In this document: piece after piece, positions 1 through 10,004 of the stretch
Layout of the letters: each line of letters opens with the position of its first letter
Position numbering within the stretch: position 1 is the first letter of the stretch
From: Planctomycetota bacterium
GTDB taxonomy: Bacteria > Planctomycetota > GCA-002687715 > CAIWVZ01
Length of the DNA stretch: 64,000 nt
Direction: 5' to 3'
Assembly (NCBI GenBank): GCA_044222185.1
Contig: JBGANV010000001.1
Location: 1,888,001 to 1,952,000 of the forward strand
Notes under the pieces: generated by a model
The model's input: only the letters and a program-made list of their open reading frames with translations
What the model was told of the DNA's origin: nothing
Databases searched by the model: none
Program-made: the position numbers and the translations under genes

Positions 1-1079
1 AGGAGCAGGCCCTGTTGGATCGAAGTCGCGACACGGCCACGCAGGACGGAGAGCGTCACACCGACGAGCGGCAGGAGGTAGAGCGCGAGCGGAAGCAGCG
101 TCAGGGCGTTGCCGGGCACCTGGCGACGAACGAGCACCGCCGTCGCCACCGCGCCGACGGCGATCACCGCGGCCGTCACTGCTCCCCGCCGGATGCCCGA
201 GATCATCATGCCGGCGCCAAACACGATCGCGTGGACGAGGCCCCCGAGGATGAGGGGGACGGACGTCAGCAACGGATAAAACCCGGTCGGCACGTCGTAC
301 CGCCGCCAGGGCACGAGCACGTAGACCGGAAACGCGAGGAGGTCTTGGACCGCGTGGGAGACGCGCGCCCCGAGCGCCACCGGCGGTGGACCTCCCGAAG
401 CCGGGCCGACGAGCGTCGACCACAGGCCGGCTGCGACCGCCACCGCCACCAATCCCGCGCAGACCCGGCCACGAATCTCGGGTTTTCCGCCGGTTCCCGG
501 CACGAGGCAGGGAACGGCCAGAAGCATCCCGGCCCACACCGGGTGGAGTCCCGCGGCCACACCCGCGGCCAGGCCGCCGAGCGTCGCCCGGACGAGTCCA
601 GGCCGCACGATGAGCAGGACGGCGCTCCCCGCGGCGACGGCTCCCGTGATCACGCCCTCGAACCGCGTGAACCGGAGCGCGCCCCCCCAGGCGGCCGACG
701 ACAGCACGGCAGCGACGGGGAGTGCGGCGGCGAACGGGTGAGCGTGTTCGAACGCTCGGCGGACGAGCGCTTCGACGGCGAGATAGATCAGCGCGAGGGC
801 GAGTCCCATGAGAACGAGCGGTCCCGCGGAACCCGGCGCGAACGCAAAAGCGAGCGCGCGCGACGACGGCGTCTCGAACGTCGGGTCGAGGACGGGAGCC
901 AGATCCAGCCGCGGTTGCGGCGCGCCGGGCCCGATCAGCCCCGCGTGGATCGCGCCGACGATCGCGCCCGCCGAGAAGAGGATGCCCGCGAGAATCCACG
1001 CTTCCACGGGCCGAGGAGGAATGACCGCGAGCCGTCTTTTGAGTTGCATGCCGACCAGGGATCGCAACAATGGTGCCAT
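1..1079 (-). CDS. Multi-pass membrane protein, function unknown (partial, runs off left edge; start 1079 or 1049)
   Basis: Not in the ORF track. Manual minus-strand translation from ATG 1049 gives MQLKRRLAVIPPRPVEAWILAGILFSAGAIVGAIH... with many hydrophobic segments and no stop before position 1. The + ORF 15..1148 is its antisense shadow. Confidence 0.7.
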   Translation of the reverse strand, partial: MAPLLRSLVGMQLKRRLAVIPPRPVEAWILAGILFSAGAIVGAIHAGLIGPGAPQPRLDLAPVLDPTFETPSSRALAFAFAPGSAGPLVLMGLALALIYLAVEALVRRAFEHAHPFAAALPVAAVLSSAAWGGALRFTRFEGVITGAVAAGSAVLLIVRPGLVRATLGGLAAGVAAGLHPVWAGMLLAVPCLVPGTGGKPEIRGRVCAGLVAVAVAAGLWSTLVGPASGGPPPVALGARVSHAVQDLLAFPVYVLVPWRRYDVPTGFYPLLTSVPLILGGLVHAIVFGAGMMISGIRRGAVTAAVIAVGAVATAVLVRRQVPGNALTLLPLALYLLPLVGVTLSVLRGRVATSIQQGLL

Positions 1080-1137
1080 TGGTCAGCCAGAGGCTGCCCG
1101 ACTTGTCGATCGAGCGCGGATGGTATCAAACGAGTCC

Positions 1138-3012
1138 ATGAAGCCTAGGGGCGGCATCGTCGGCCGCATCCGTGCGAGCTGCGCACGGCGACCGGACCGG
1201 CTCGCCACCGTCGGAAACAGCCACTGTCGATTCCCGACCCTGACCGTCGGCGACCTGTTCCGACACGTCGATCTGGTCGCAGCCGGGTTCCTCGATCTCG
1301 GCGTGAGGCCCGGCGACAAGGTCGGCATGGTCAGCGAGAACCACGACCTGTGGCTCATCGTGGACCTGGCGCTCCTGTCCATCGGCGCCGTGACGGTGCC
1401 TCGCGGCGGTGATGCGTCCACGGCCGAGATCTGCTTCTGCCTCGCTCACGCCGAGTGCCGGCTGGCGATCTTCGACACGCAGGCCGTGCTCGACCGCGTC
1501 CGCACCGAGCTTCCCCGCCTCGAACACACGTTCGTGATGCGCGAGACGAATGCCGACTCCCCCCACTCACTCGACCGGCTGATGGAGCGTGGCCGCGAGT
1601 TCCTCCGGACCCGCGAGGGCGAGTTGCGCGCCCGACAGGACCTGCCGTCTGCGGCCGATCTGGCGACGATCGTCTACACGTCGGGAACGACCGGCAACCC
1701 CAAGGGCGTCATGCTCACCCACGGGAACATCCTCCACAACGTCGAGGCGGTCCCGCACATCCTCCAGTTCCACGAAGGGATGCGATTCGTGTCCTTCCTT
1801 CCCACGTGGCACACGTTCGAGCGCACCATCGAGTACATCGTCCTCGATGCCGGACTCGAGCTGCACTACTCGTCGAAGCGAACGCTGAAGGCAGACGTAG
1901 CGAAGGTGCGCCCGCACTTCCTCGTGGGCGTTCCGCGTGTCTGGGAGACGTTCTACCAGGGCGTCATGGGCGCGATGGAGAAGCTCCCGCCGGCCAAACG
2001 ACGCTTCATCGACTGGGCGCTGTCGGGGAGCCGCGAGTTCCACCGGCTTGGCCGGCTCGCCAGGGGCGTGGCCTTGAAGCCCCCCGCACGGGTCCACCGC
2101 CCGCCGCTCGTCGAGCGGCTGGGCCTTCGACTCGCGCAGGCGATCGTGCTGCTCCCCGAGATCGTCGCGCGGCGGCTCGTCTACTCGAAGCTCGTGGCCG
2201 CATTGGGCGGTGAGCTGACGATCACGATCTCGGGAGGCGGCCCGCTGCCTAAGGACGTGGACGAGTTCTTCGTGCGGGCCGGGATCCCGTTCCTCAACGG
2301 GTACGGCCTGACCGAGACGGCGCCGGTCGTTTGCGTGCGCGTCCCCGAACGAAACGTGCTCGGCTCGATCGGACTCCCCCTGCCTGAGACGGAAGTCCGG
2401 ATCGTGGACGAGCAGGGGCGGATCCAGCCTCCCGAGGCCCGCGGCGTCATACAGATCCGCGGCCCGCAGGTGATGCAGGGCTATTACCGCAACCCGCGCG
2501 CGACGAAGGACTGTCTCACGGCCGACGGCTGGTTCGACAGCGGCGACACGGGCATGCTCTCGACGGATGGCGACGTCGTCATCACGGGCCGCGCGAAGGA
2601 GACCATCGTCCTCACCGGCGGCGAGAACGTGGAACCGGAGAACATTGAGACGGCGCTCCTTGCATCGCCCCTCATCCAGGACGTGGTCGTCGTGGGGCAC
2701 GCGCAGAAGGCCCTGGGAGCGCTGATCATCCCGAATTTCGAAGTGGTCCGGTCGCGCGTGTCGAACCTGAACGGCCAGCCCGAGCAACTCGTCGCGCACC
2801 CGGAAGTGGACCGCGTCCTTCGAGTCGAGGTCTCCCGGATCATCTGCGCGGAAAAGGGATTCCGGGTCTTCGAACGCGTCAGTCGGATCGCCTACCTCCC
2901 CCGTCCCTTCTCCGTCGAGGATGGAACGCTCACGGCCACGTTGAAGAAGAAGCGGCGCGTGATCGAAGAGCGCTACTCCGTGGCGATCGAAGCACTCTTC
3001 ACGGCTGACTGA
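1138..3012 (+). CDS. Long-chain fatty acid-CoA ligase (AMP-dependent synthetase)
   Basis: AMP-binding motifs YTSGTTGNPKG, GYGLTE, WFDSGD, GRAKETIVLTGGENVEP. Start trimmed from 808 to ATG 1138 (uncertain). Confidence 0.9.
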   Translation: MKPRGGIVGRIRASCARRPDRLATVGNSHCRFPTLTVGDLFRHVDLVAAGFLDLGVRPGDKVGMVSENHDLWLIVDLALLSIGAVTVPRGGDASTAEICFCLAHAECRLAIFDTQAVLDRVRTELPRLEHTFVMRETNADSPHSLDRLMERGREFLRTREGELRARQDLPSAADLATIVYTSGTTGNPKGVMLTHGNILHNVEAVPHILQFHEGMRFVSFLPTWHTFERTIEYIVLDAGLELHYSSKRTLKADVAKVRPHFLVGVPRVWETFYQGVMGAMEKLPPAKRRFIDWALSGSREFHRLGRLARGVALKPPARVHRPPLVERLGLRLAQAIVLLPEIVARRLVYSKLVAALGGELTITISGGGPLPKDVDEFFVRAGIPFLNGYGLTETAPVVCVRVPERNVLGSIGLPLPETEVRIVDEQGRIQPPEARGVIQIRGPQVMQGYYRNPRATKDCLTADGWFDSGDTGMLSTDGDVVITGRAKETIVLTGGENVEPENIETALLASPLIQDVVVVGHAQKALGALIIPNFEVVRSRVSNLNGQPEQLVAHPEVDRVLRVEVSRIICAEKGFRVFERVSRIAYLPRPFSVEDGTLTATLKKKRRVIEERYSVAIEALFTAD

Positions 3013-4259
3013 TGGGGACTCTGCTCGACCGCCTTCGGGAGATCGCGCATCAGGCGCCCGCCCCCACGGTGTCTTCGTCGTCGTTCTTCCTTCGTTTCGC
3101 GCCCGTGATCCTGGGATGGCTCCTCATCCACGCCTACCTGGGCGTGCGTCTGATCCGGCCCGCCGGGTTCCACGGAGTCAGGCGCGCGGCCGCTTGGACC
3201 GCGTTGGTCGCCGCGACGCTCCTGCCACCGTTCGCCATGTTCGCCGAACGGACGCAGCTCGGCGTCGCATCGATCGAGCGGGCCCTCGATTGGTCCGCGT
3301 TCACGAGCATGGGGCTCTCGTCCCTCGTCACCCTCCTCGTCGTCGCGCGGGACGTCGCACTCGTCGGATCACGAACCGCCCGCCGGGCACTCTCGCGGGG
3401 ACGGCCGGTGGCACCGGACCCTCGCCGGCGCGCGTTCCTCACGAATGGCGTGAACATGGGCATCCTGCTCGGCGCGGGGTCGGCTACGGGCGTGGGTGCC
3501 GCAACGGCTCAGGTCACACCGGAGGTCGTTCGCGTCGACATTCCGATCCCAGGCCTCGCACCCGACGCCGAGGGTTTCACGATCGCGCAGATCACCGATC
3601 TGCACGCGGGCCTCACCATCGGCCGAGACTTCGTCGATCGCGTCGTCGACGCGACCAACGGGCTCGGCGCGGACGTGATCGCGGTCACCGGGGACGTTGC
3701 AGACGGTTATCCGAAGGACGTCGTGGAGTCGGTCGCGCCGCTCGCACGCCTCTCCGCGCCAGACGGCGTGTTCTTCGTGACGGGGAACCACGAGTACTAC
3801 TGGAGCACCCAGGCGTGGATCGACGTCCTCGGCGCCATGGGATTGACGCTGCTCGGCAACGAGCACCGGGTGTTGCAGCGTGGGCGCGCGCAAATCGTCC
3901 TCGCTGGTGTCTACGACTACCGCGCGGGGTCGTACATGGCAGCCCACCGTTCGGATCCTGTGAAAGCGGTCGCGGGTGCACCGGCTGGTGCGACGAAGAT
4001 CCTCCTCGCGCATCAGCCGCGGAGCGTGTTCGATGCCGCGAGGGCCGGCTTCGACCTCCAGATCTCGGGTCACACGCATGGCGGGCAGTACTTCCCCCTC
4101 AGCCTGATCGTCCCGTTCTTCGAGCCCTACGTCCGTGGGCTTCATCGCCACGACGGACGCATGTGGATCTACGTGTCGCGGGGCACAGGGTACTGGGGCC
4201 CGCCGCAGCGGCTCGGGGTCGGCACCGAGATCACGCTGCTGCGCCTCGTCCGCGGTTGA
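3012..4259 (+). CDS. Membrane-anchored calcineurin-like metallophosphoesterase (YkuE/YaeI-like)
   Basis: DLH, GD, GNHEY, LLAHQP, GHTHGGQ, YVSRGTG motifs and N-terminal TM helices. TGATG overlap with the upstream gene. Confidence 0.9.
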   Translation: MGTLLDRLREIAHQAPAPTVSSSSFFLRFAPVILGWLLIHAYLGVRLIRPAGFHGVRRAAAWTALVAATLLPPFAMFAERTQLGVASIERALDWSAFTSMGLSSLVTLLVVARDVALVGSRTARRALSRGRPVAPDPRRRAFLTNGVNMGILLGAGSATGVGAATAQVTPEVVRVDIPIPGLAPDAEGFTIAQITDLHAGLTIGRDFVDRVVDATNGLGADVIAVTGDVADGYPKDVVESVAPLARLSAPDGVFFVTGNHEYYWSTQAWIDVLGAMGLTLLGNEHRVLQRGRAQIVLAGVYDYRAGSYMAAHRSDPVKAVAGAPAGATKILLAHQPRSVFDAARAGFDLQISGHTHGGQYFPLSLIVPFFEPYVRGLHRHDGRMWIYVSRGTGYWGPPQRLGVGTEITLLRLVRG

Positions 4260-4273
4260 CCGTCGGCGCGGGA

Positions 4274-6577
4274 TCAGCGAGGCGTCGTGACGACGCGCAG
4301 CACGACCTCGCCCACTCCGTCGGGCGCCGTGCGTTGCGTCGCCTTCCCGGTGACGGTCTCCGTCTCGGGAGCCTCGGTGACGACTTCGTGGACTCCCTCT
4401 CGGCAGTTCTCCACGACGAAGGACCCCTGCGCGTCGGTGACGGCAGACTCCTCGACGACGGCGATCGTGACCCCATCCAGATCGACCAGCGAGGTGACTG
4501 AAACCTTCCAACCGGCGAGGCCGCGATCGAGCTGATCGACCACTCGGCCGCTCACCCGCTGCCCCGATTTCAGCACGATCTCCACGTGTGACTGGCGGCT
4601 GGAATCCGCCGTCACCTTCGCCGAGCCCTGCTCGCGCGTCTTTGCGCGCGCGCCGACGGTGATCTCGCCGTCGGGGAGGCTCTCCACGCGGAACGCGCCG
4701 TGGGCGTCGCTGGTTGCGTTTCGCGCCGGCATCGCGTCCGCGGCCGTCAGCCAGACCGAGACGCCCGGCAGCGGCTTGCGCTGCGAATCCAGGACGACGC
4801 CGTCGACGACGGCACCCACGCGCAGGCGCGCTTCGACGGTCACGACCTGGCCGGGTCGCACCTGCACCGGTTCCGACCACGGCGCAAGTCGCCGCACCGT
4901 CACGATCACGGGGACGCGACGCGACGGCACACCCGTCGCGCGGAAGCGCCCCATCCGATCCGACTGCGCCGCGATCGGCGGCCGGGCCAGACCTCGCGTT
5001 CCGTCGGGGCGAGTCTCGACGCCGATGCCCTCGCCGCCGATGAGCACGGACGCGCCCGCGATGGGCTCGGAGTCGGGTCCCAGGACGCGCCCCTCGATCG
5101 TGCCGCCCTCTTCCTGCAAGACGATTCGCACCTTCGGCCGTTCCGTCCCACGCGGGATCTGGACGCCATCGCAAAGTGCGAAGCGCTCCGAGCGAGCGTA
5201 GACGAGATTGCTGAGGTTGACCGAGCGAAGGAGAAACGTGCCGTCTCCGCGGGTCACTGCGGCCGGTGTCGCCTCGAGTGCGCGGTAACCGAGCGTGAGA
5301 AACACGTCGGCGCCTGTGACGGGGTCGCCACGCCCGTCGACGACGATCCCCTCGAGATCGATCCCGTTGGGGATGATCATCTCCAACGCGGAACGGACGC
5401 CTGCGACGACCTTGGCAGAGGCGTGAAGGAACGACTCGGAGCAGCGGTCGACCATGGCCTCGTACTCACCGGGGGCGAGGTCGGGCACGTCGAGCGTGCC
5501 ATCGGTACCGGTCACGAGCCGGATTCCGGTGGGAACGTCGGCCGACGTGACGACGACGGTGATCCCGGACGCTGGCGAAAGGTCGGAGGCCCATCGGACT
5601 GCGATTCCCAGGCTCCCGGTCGTCGGAACGCTCGTCGGACGAGGCTCCTGGTAGGGAACCGGGAGGATCGCCGCCACTGCCCCATCACCCGAAGGAGCGT
5701 CGCCGGACCTCGCCGGTGCTCCCAGTGGATCTGATTGCGCCGACGACGCCGCACCGGCATGCGACGCATCCCCGCGGCGGGACGTCGATCCGCTGGTGGA
5801 CTCGGCCGCCGTTGCGACACCGCCGTGCGCCCGTCGATCGACCATCCAGGCACGCGCCTGAAGGAACAGGAGTGACGACGTCACGAGCGTGACGGCCAGA
5901 ACGGCGAGCTTGGTCTTCGTGCCCACGACGACCCCTCCGAGGACTGCCGACGGAACCCCCAGTGCATGGCCCGCGGCGACGGCACCGCCTGCGGACGACC
6001 CGGCGAGACCGACCACCGCCGGATCGAGCCCGGCGAGCGGCACGAACGCGGCCATCCAGGCGGAACGACCACCATCGACGGTCGCATCGAGCGTCTCGCG
6101 CAGCCGCGCCAGACCACGCTTCAACCGGCTCTTCACCGTGTCGAGGGGCGTGTTGGTTCGGCGCGCGATCTGAGGCGGCGTCATCCCCTCGAAGTACCGC
6201 AGGAGCAACGTCGTCCCGAACGGCTCATCGAGATCGAGCACCGCCGCGAGAAGCCGCTTTCGCGTCTCCTCGCGCTCGAGGAGGCTCGTGCGCGACGGAA
6301 CGCTCTCGTCTCGTGCGTGACGCCGGTCACGTTCGATTGCGCGCTTCAGTTGCCGACGGGCATTCGAGGCGAGGCGCCGCACCACCGTCGCCAACCAACC
6401 CCGCTCGGACTCGTGCGACTTCGGCGGGTTGCGCATGGCGGCGAGCCACGCGTCCTGGGTCAGATCCTGCGCTGCCGCGTCACCGCGAACGATCGAACGC
6501 GCCAGCTCTCGCACGAACCGTTCGTGCCGCAGCAGCGCCTCCATCTTGCCGGTGAGCGGATCCATGGCTGTCCGCAT
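4274..6577 (-). CDS. ECF sigma-70 factor fused to a TM helix and carboxypeptidase-regulatory-like (CnaB/Ig-like) repeats
   Basis: N-terminal sigma2 (AQDLTQDAWLAA, GWLATVVRRLA) and sigma4 (LRYFEGMTPPQIA...TVKSRLKRG), then a hydrophobic helix and repeated GxVxDxxGxPxxGAxV beta-sandwich units. Confidence 0.88.
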   Translation of the reverse strand: MRTAMDPLTGKMEALLRHERFVRELARSIVRGDAAAQDLTQDAWLAAMRNPPKSHESERGWLATVVRRLASNARRQLKRAIERDRRHARDESVPSRTSLLEREETRKRLLAAVLDLDEPFGTTLLLRYFEGMTPPQIARRTNTPLDTVKSRLKRGLARLRETLDATVDGGRSAWMAAFVPLAGLDPAVVGLAGSSAGGAVAAGHALGVPSAVLGGVVVGTKTKLAVLAVTLVTSSLLFLQARAWMVDRRAHGGVATAAESTSGSTSRRGDASHAGAASSAQSDPLGAPARSGDAPSGDGAVAAILPVPYQEPRPTSVPTTGSLGIAVRWASDLSPASGITVVVTSADVPTGIRLVTGTDGTLDVPDLAPGEYEAMVDRCSESFLHASAKVVAGVRSALEMIIPNGIDLEGIVVDGRGDPVTGADVFLTLGYRALEATPAAVTRGDGTFLLRSVNLSNLVYARSERFALCDGVQIPRGTERPKVRIVLQEEGGTIEGRVLGPDSEPIAGASVLIGGEGIGVETRPDGTRGLARPPIAAQSDRMGRFRATGVPSRRVPVIVTVRRLAPWSEPVQVRPGQVVTVEARLRVGAVVDGVVLDSQRKPLPGVSVWLTAADAMPARNATSDAHGAFRVESLPDGEITVGARAKTREQGSAKVTADSSRQSHVEIVLKSGQRVSGRVVDQLDRGLAGWKVSVTSLVDLDGVTIAVVEESAVTDAQGSFVVENCREGVHEVVTEAPETETVTGKATQRTAPDGVGEVVLRVVTTPR

Positions 6578-6625
6578 GATTCATCACCGCCGATGACGGC
6601 CGGGGTGCGTCGCACCGGGAATCTT

Positions 6626-7378
6626 TCAGGAGAAAACCGCCCCGCCGTTGACGTCGATGTTGGCACCCGTGATCTGGGCGGCGAGCGGCGACGCGAGGAA
6701 GGTGACGGCCGCCGCGACGTCGGCGGGGTGCGTCAGGCGGCCCGTCGGGATGCTGCGCTCGATCTCCGCGATCCTCTGGGGGGTCAGCGCCTCGGCCGTC
6801 ATGTCGGTGAAGACCCAGCCGGGCGACACCACGTTCACCGTGATGCCCCGCGGGGACAACTCGCCGACGAGGCTCCGCGTGAACGCGAAGAGCGCGCCCT
6901 TCGTCGCGGCGTAGTGCGAATACTCCGGCTCGCCGCGGATCCCCGCCGTCGACGCGATGTTGATCACGCGGCCCCATTCGCGGGTCGCCATGTCCTTCAC
7001 GCACTCGCGGGTCACGAGGAACAACCCCGAAAGGTTGATGCCGAGCATCTCGTCCAGATCGACTTTGGTCATTTCGACCAGAGGTGCCCGTTTCCAGATG
7101 CCTGCGTTGTTCACCAGGACGTCGATGCGACCGAACTGGGAGACGACCTCGTCGACGGCTGAAACGATCTCAGTCTCGTTCGCGATGTCGCAGCGAATCG
7201 CTTCCGCGGCAACTCCGGCGCCGCGCAGGGTCTGCACGGCCTCCTCGGCGGCATCCGCGTTCTGGCGGTAGACGAGCGCGATGGCGGCGCCCGCCTGACC
7301 GAGCGTCTCCGCGACGGCCCAACCGATGCCGCGGGTTCCACCCGTGATGAGCGCCACCCGTCCCTTGAGATCGAACAT
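6626..7378 (-). CDS. SDR family oxidoreductase (FabG-like)
   Basis: TGGTRGIG, NNAG, YAATK, VNVVSPG motifs. Start MFDLKG at 7378 follows a GAGGGA SD-like sequence. Confidence 0.9.
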   Translation of the reverse strand: MFDLKGRVALITGGTRGIGWAVAETLGQAGAAIALVYRQNADAAEEAVQTLRGAGVAAEAIRCDIANETEIVSAVDEVVSQFGRIDVLVNNAGIWKRAPLVEMTKVDLDEMLGINLSGLFLVTRECVKDMATREWGRVINIASTAGIRGEPEYSHYAATKGALFAFTRSLVGELSPRGITVNVVSPGWVFTDMTAEALTPQRIAEIERSIPTGRLTHPADVAAAVTFLASPLAAQITGANIDVNGGAVFS

Positions 7379-7623
7379 GGCTGTTTCCCTCGGAGCCGTG
7401 GAGCGCCGTTTCTGACCGCGAACACGACCTCGCGCCACGAACGTTCCGAACCGCGGAAGATCCCCGATTCGAGTGCGGGATTGTAGTCGAGTGGCGGCGA
7501 CGATCGATACGGTCCGATGTGCTTCCACATCGAACGCGTGGTTGGTACGGTGCACCACCAATCGTCCGTGCGAGCGACCCGGTCGACTGATGCGGCGCAG
7601 CAGCGCCGGAAACGAGGCCTGAC

Positions 7624-8709
7624 GTGGGATCCGAAACTGACACCGGAGTTCTCCCGCAGCTTTCGCCTGCGGACACGACGGCGCGGATTCGCGAGCTGAG
7701 ATCCCGTCTCGGAAAACGGCTCGTGATCCTGGGCCACCATTACCAGGTCGACGAGGTCGTACAGTTCGCCGATTACACTGGCGACTCCTTCAAGCTCGCT
7801 CGGGACGGCGCAAAGCACCCGGAGGCCGACTTCATCGTGTTCCTCGGGGTGCATTTCATGGCCGAATCGGCCGACATCCTCGCGGCGCCGCACCAACAAG
7901 TCATCCTGCCGGACATGGCCGCCGGATGCTCGATGGCGGACATGGCCAACATCGACCAGGTGGAGACGGCTTGGAGCGAACTCGTCGCCCAGGGCGGCGA
8001 CGACATCATGCCGCTGACGTACATGAACTCGTCGGCCGCGATCAAGGCGTTCTGTGGCCGCAACGGCGGCGCCGTGTGCACGTCGTCGAATGCAAAGACG
8101 CTGATCGCGTGGGCGTTGAAGGAACGGCGCCGCCTGCTCTTCATGCCCGACCAGCACCTCGGGAGGAACGTCTGCTACTTCCTCGGCATTCCGCTCACCG
8201 ACATGGCGCTCTGGGATCCCCACGCGCTCCCCGAGGAGAACCTCGCCAAGGGCTGCGACCGCGCCAAGGTGATCCTTTGGAAGGGGCACTGTTCCGTCCA
8301 CGCCAAGTTCCACCCCGAGCACGTCGATCGGGTTCGCGAAGCCGTGCCGGGGATTCGGGTGATCGCCCATCCCGAGTGCTCCTGGGAGGTCATCCAGAAG
8401 TGTGACGAGTGGGGCTCGACCGAACGGATCATCAAGGCGGTGGAAGCGTCGCCACCAGGTTCGAAATGGGCGATCGGCACCGAGATCAACCTGGTGTCGC
8501 GCCTCGCGAAGCGGCTCCCGGACCACCTGATCGTCTCGCTGTCCGGCATCAGCTGCCTCTGCGCGACGATGTACCGCATCGATCCGCCCCATCTGCTGTG
8601 GACGCTCGAGAACCTCGCGGAAGGCCGCGTCGTCAACCGCATCGCGGTCGACCCGATCACGAAGCGTGACGCGAGGCTCGCCCTCGATCGGATGCTCCGG
8701 CTGGCGTAG
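7624..8709 (+). CDS. nadA: Quinolinate synthase A
   Basis: GHHYQ, GDSFKL, VHFMAES, AGCSMAD, YMNSSA, CTSSNA, PDQHLGRN, WKGHCSVH, HPEC, GTE, C-x-TM motifs. Confidence 0.96.
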   Translation: MGSETDTGVLPQLSPADTTARIRELRSRLGKRLVILGHHYQVDEVVQFADYTGDSFKLARDGAKHPEADFIVFLGVHFMAESADILAAPHQQVILPDMAAGCSMADMANIDQVETAWSELVAQGGDDIMPLTYMNSSAAIKAFCGRNGGAVCTSSNAKTLIAWALKERRRLLFMPDQHLGRNVCYFLGIPLTDMALWDPHALPEENLAKGCDRAKVILWKGHCSVHAKFHPEHVDRVREAVPGIRVIAHPECSWEVIQKCDEWGSTERIIKAVEASPPGSKWAIGTEINLVSRLAKRLPDHLIVSLSGISCLCATMYRIDPPHLLWTLENLAEGRVVNRIAVDPITKRDARLALDRMLRLA

Positions 8710-8718
8710 CCCCTGCGC

Positions 8719-9204
8719 TCACCGAACCGGGTGGACCTTCGCCCACATGACGCGGAAATGCCCGCGATCATGTACGAGTTCGCATTCGATGCGGAACGAT
8801 GAGTGCGCGGCATTCCGTTGCTCCGCCGGATCGCCCTGGCATCGGACTCCGACCACGGCGACTCTCAGCCGCCCTTCGGTCGGGCTCGGGATCTCGTGAA
8901 CGAGCGCGACGAACGGGTGCATGCGCCCATCCCTGGGTTCGGATCGAAGGAACGCGAGTACCGCCGAGCGATCCAGGCCGCCCGGCTCGAACGCGAATGT
9001 CGGATCGAGAGCGTCCGCGAACGCGGCGTAGTCGGCAGTCCGGATGAAGCCAGCCACACGCTCGACGAAGGCTTCGGGCGTGTCGGCCCCCGTCCGCTGC
9101 GCCAGGAAGAGCGACCAGGTGGCCCAGCAGAACGCCAGGGTCGCGACGACGCTGAGAAGGATGAGCGGGACGGGTTTCATCGCCGGCATGGACGCGAGGG
9201 TCAC
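8719..9204 (-). CDS. Hypothetical membrane-anchored protein (possible NTF2/SnoaL-like fold)
   Basis: N-terminal TM helix followed by TPEAFVERV...FADALDPTF. Overlaps the thiD stop. Confidence 0.55.
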   Translation of the reverse strand: MTLASMPAMKPVPLILLSVVATLAFCWATWSLFLAQRTGADTPEAFVERVAGFIRTADYAAFADALDPTFAFEPGGLDRSAVLAFLRSEPRDGRMHPFVALVHEIPSPTEGRLRVAVVGVRCQGDPAEQRNAAHSSFRIECELVHDRGHFRVMWAKVHPVR

Positions 9205-10004
9205 GCAGCCGTGTCTGCCGGATCAAAGTGAAGGAACGGGGTCTTGGCCGCAGCCGCGCGCGCGAACGCGCGCTGCAGTGCGCCGTGGGCTCGGGTCACC
9301 GTCGCGTGGAGGTCGACGCCGCGAGCGAGCAGCGCCGCACAGGAGGCCGCGAGCGCACCGCCGGCGCCGCGGAACGATCCCGCGTGCCGCGCGGCGCTCC
9401 ACCGATGGATCGTGCCGCCGTCATGAAGCAGATCGACCGGCCCGGGCCCGTCTCCGTGTCCGCCCTTCGAGAGGACTGCCGGCGCACCGCGCCCGATCAA
9501 CTCTTCCAAGTGACGGATCCGGCCAGCTTCGTCCCGAGCCTCGTCGCCGCCCGCCAGGATCGCGAGCTCGGACGTGTTCGGCAGCGTCAGGTCGGACCGA
9601 GGCAGGAGGAAATCCCTCACCACCTCGATCGCGTCGTCGTCGATCAGTGCTCGACCCGCGCTGGCATGGATCACGGGATCGAGGACCACACGCCCGTGGT
9701 ACTTGTGGAGCCACAGGAGGACCTCACGCGCGACGGGCTCGTTCGCGAGCATCCCGACGAGGACCGCGTCGGGTTCGAAGGTCGCGCTGACGGCTTCGAG
9801 CATCGCCCGCACGTGATCCGGCGCAACGGGGTGGATCGCGTCGACCGTCGCCACCGTCTGAACGGTCAACGCCGTCGGCACGGCGGCACCATGCACGCCC
9901 CACGCGGCGAGGTGCCGCAGATCAGCCTGGATGCCTGCGGCTCCAATGGGATCGGAGCCCCCGATCACGACGACGACGGGTCGGCCCGCGGTTTGGTGTG
10001 TCAC
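9201..10004 (-). CDS. thiD: Hydroxymethylpyrimidine/phosphomethylpyrimidine kinase
   Basis: IGGSDPIGAAGIQADL, TALTVQ, VLDPV, LPNTSEL, KGGH motifs. GTG start at 10004 overlaps the tdk stop (GTGA). Confidence 0.85.
   Translation of the reverse strand: MTHQTAGRPVVVVIGGSDPIGAAGIQADLRHLAAWGVHGAAVPTALTVQTVATVDAIHPVAPDHVRAMLEAVSATFEPDAVLVGMLANEPVAREVLLWLHKYHGRVVLDPVIHASAGRALIDDDAIEVVRDFLLPRSDLTLPNTSELAILAGGDEARDEAGRIRHLEELIGRGAPAVLSKGGHGDGPGPVDLLHDGGTIHRWSAARHAGSFRGAGGALAASCAALLARGVDLHATVTRAHGALQRAFARAAAAKTPFLHFDPADTAA

Noticed and set aside
15-1148. 377-aa + strand ORF
   Set aside because: Arg/His/Asp-rich antisense shadow of a minus-strand membrane protein gene.
7379-7623. Possible NAD+ (nadA motif) riboswitch upstream of nadA
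   Set aside because: Only a small hairpin (CGATGTG-CTTC-CACATCG); the nadA-motif core is not recognisable.
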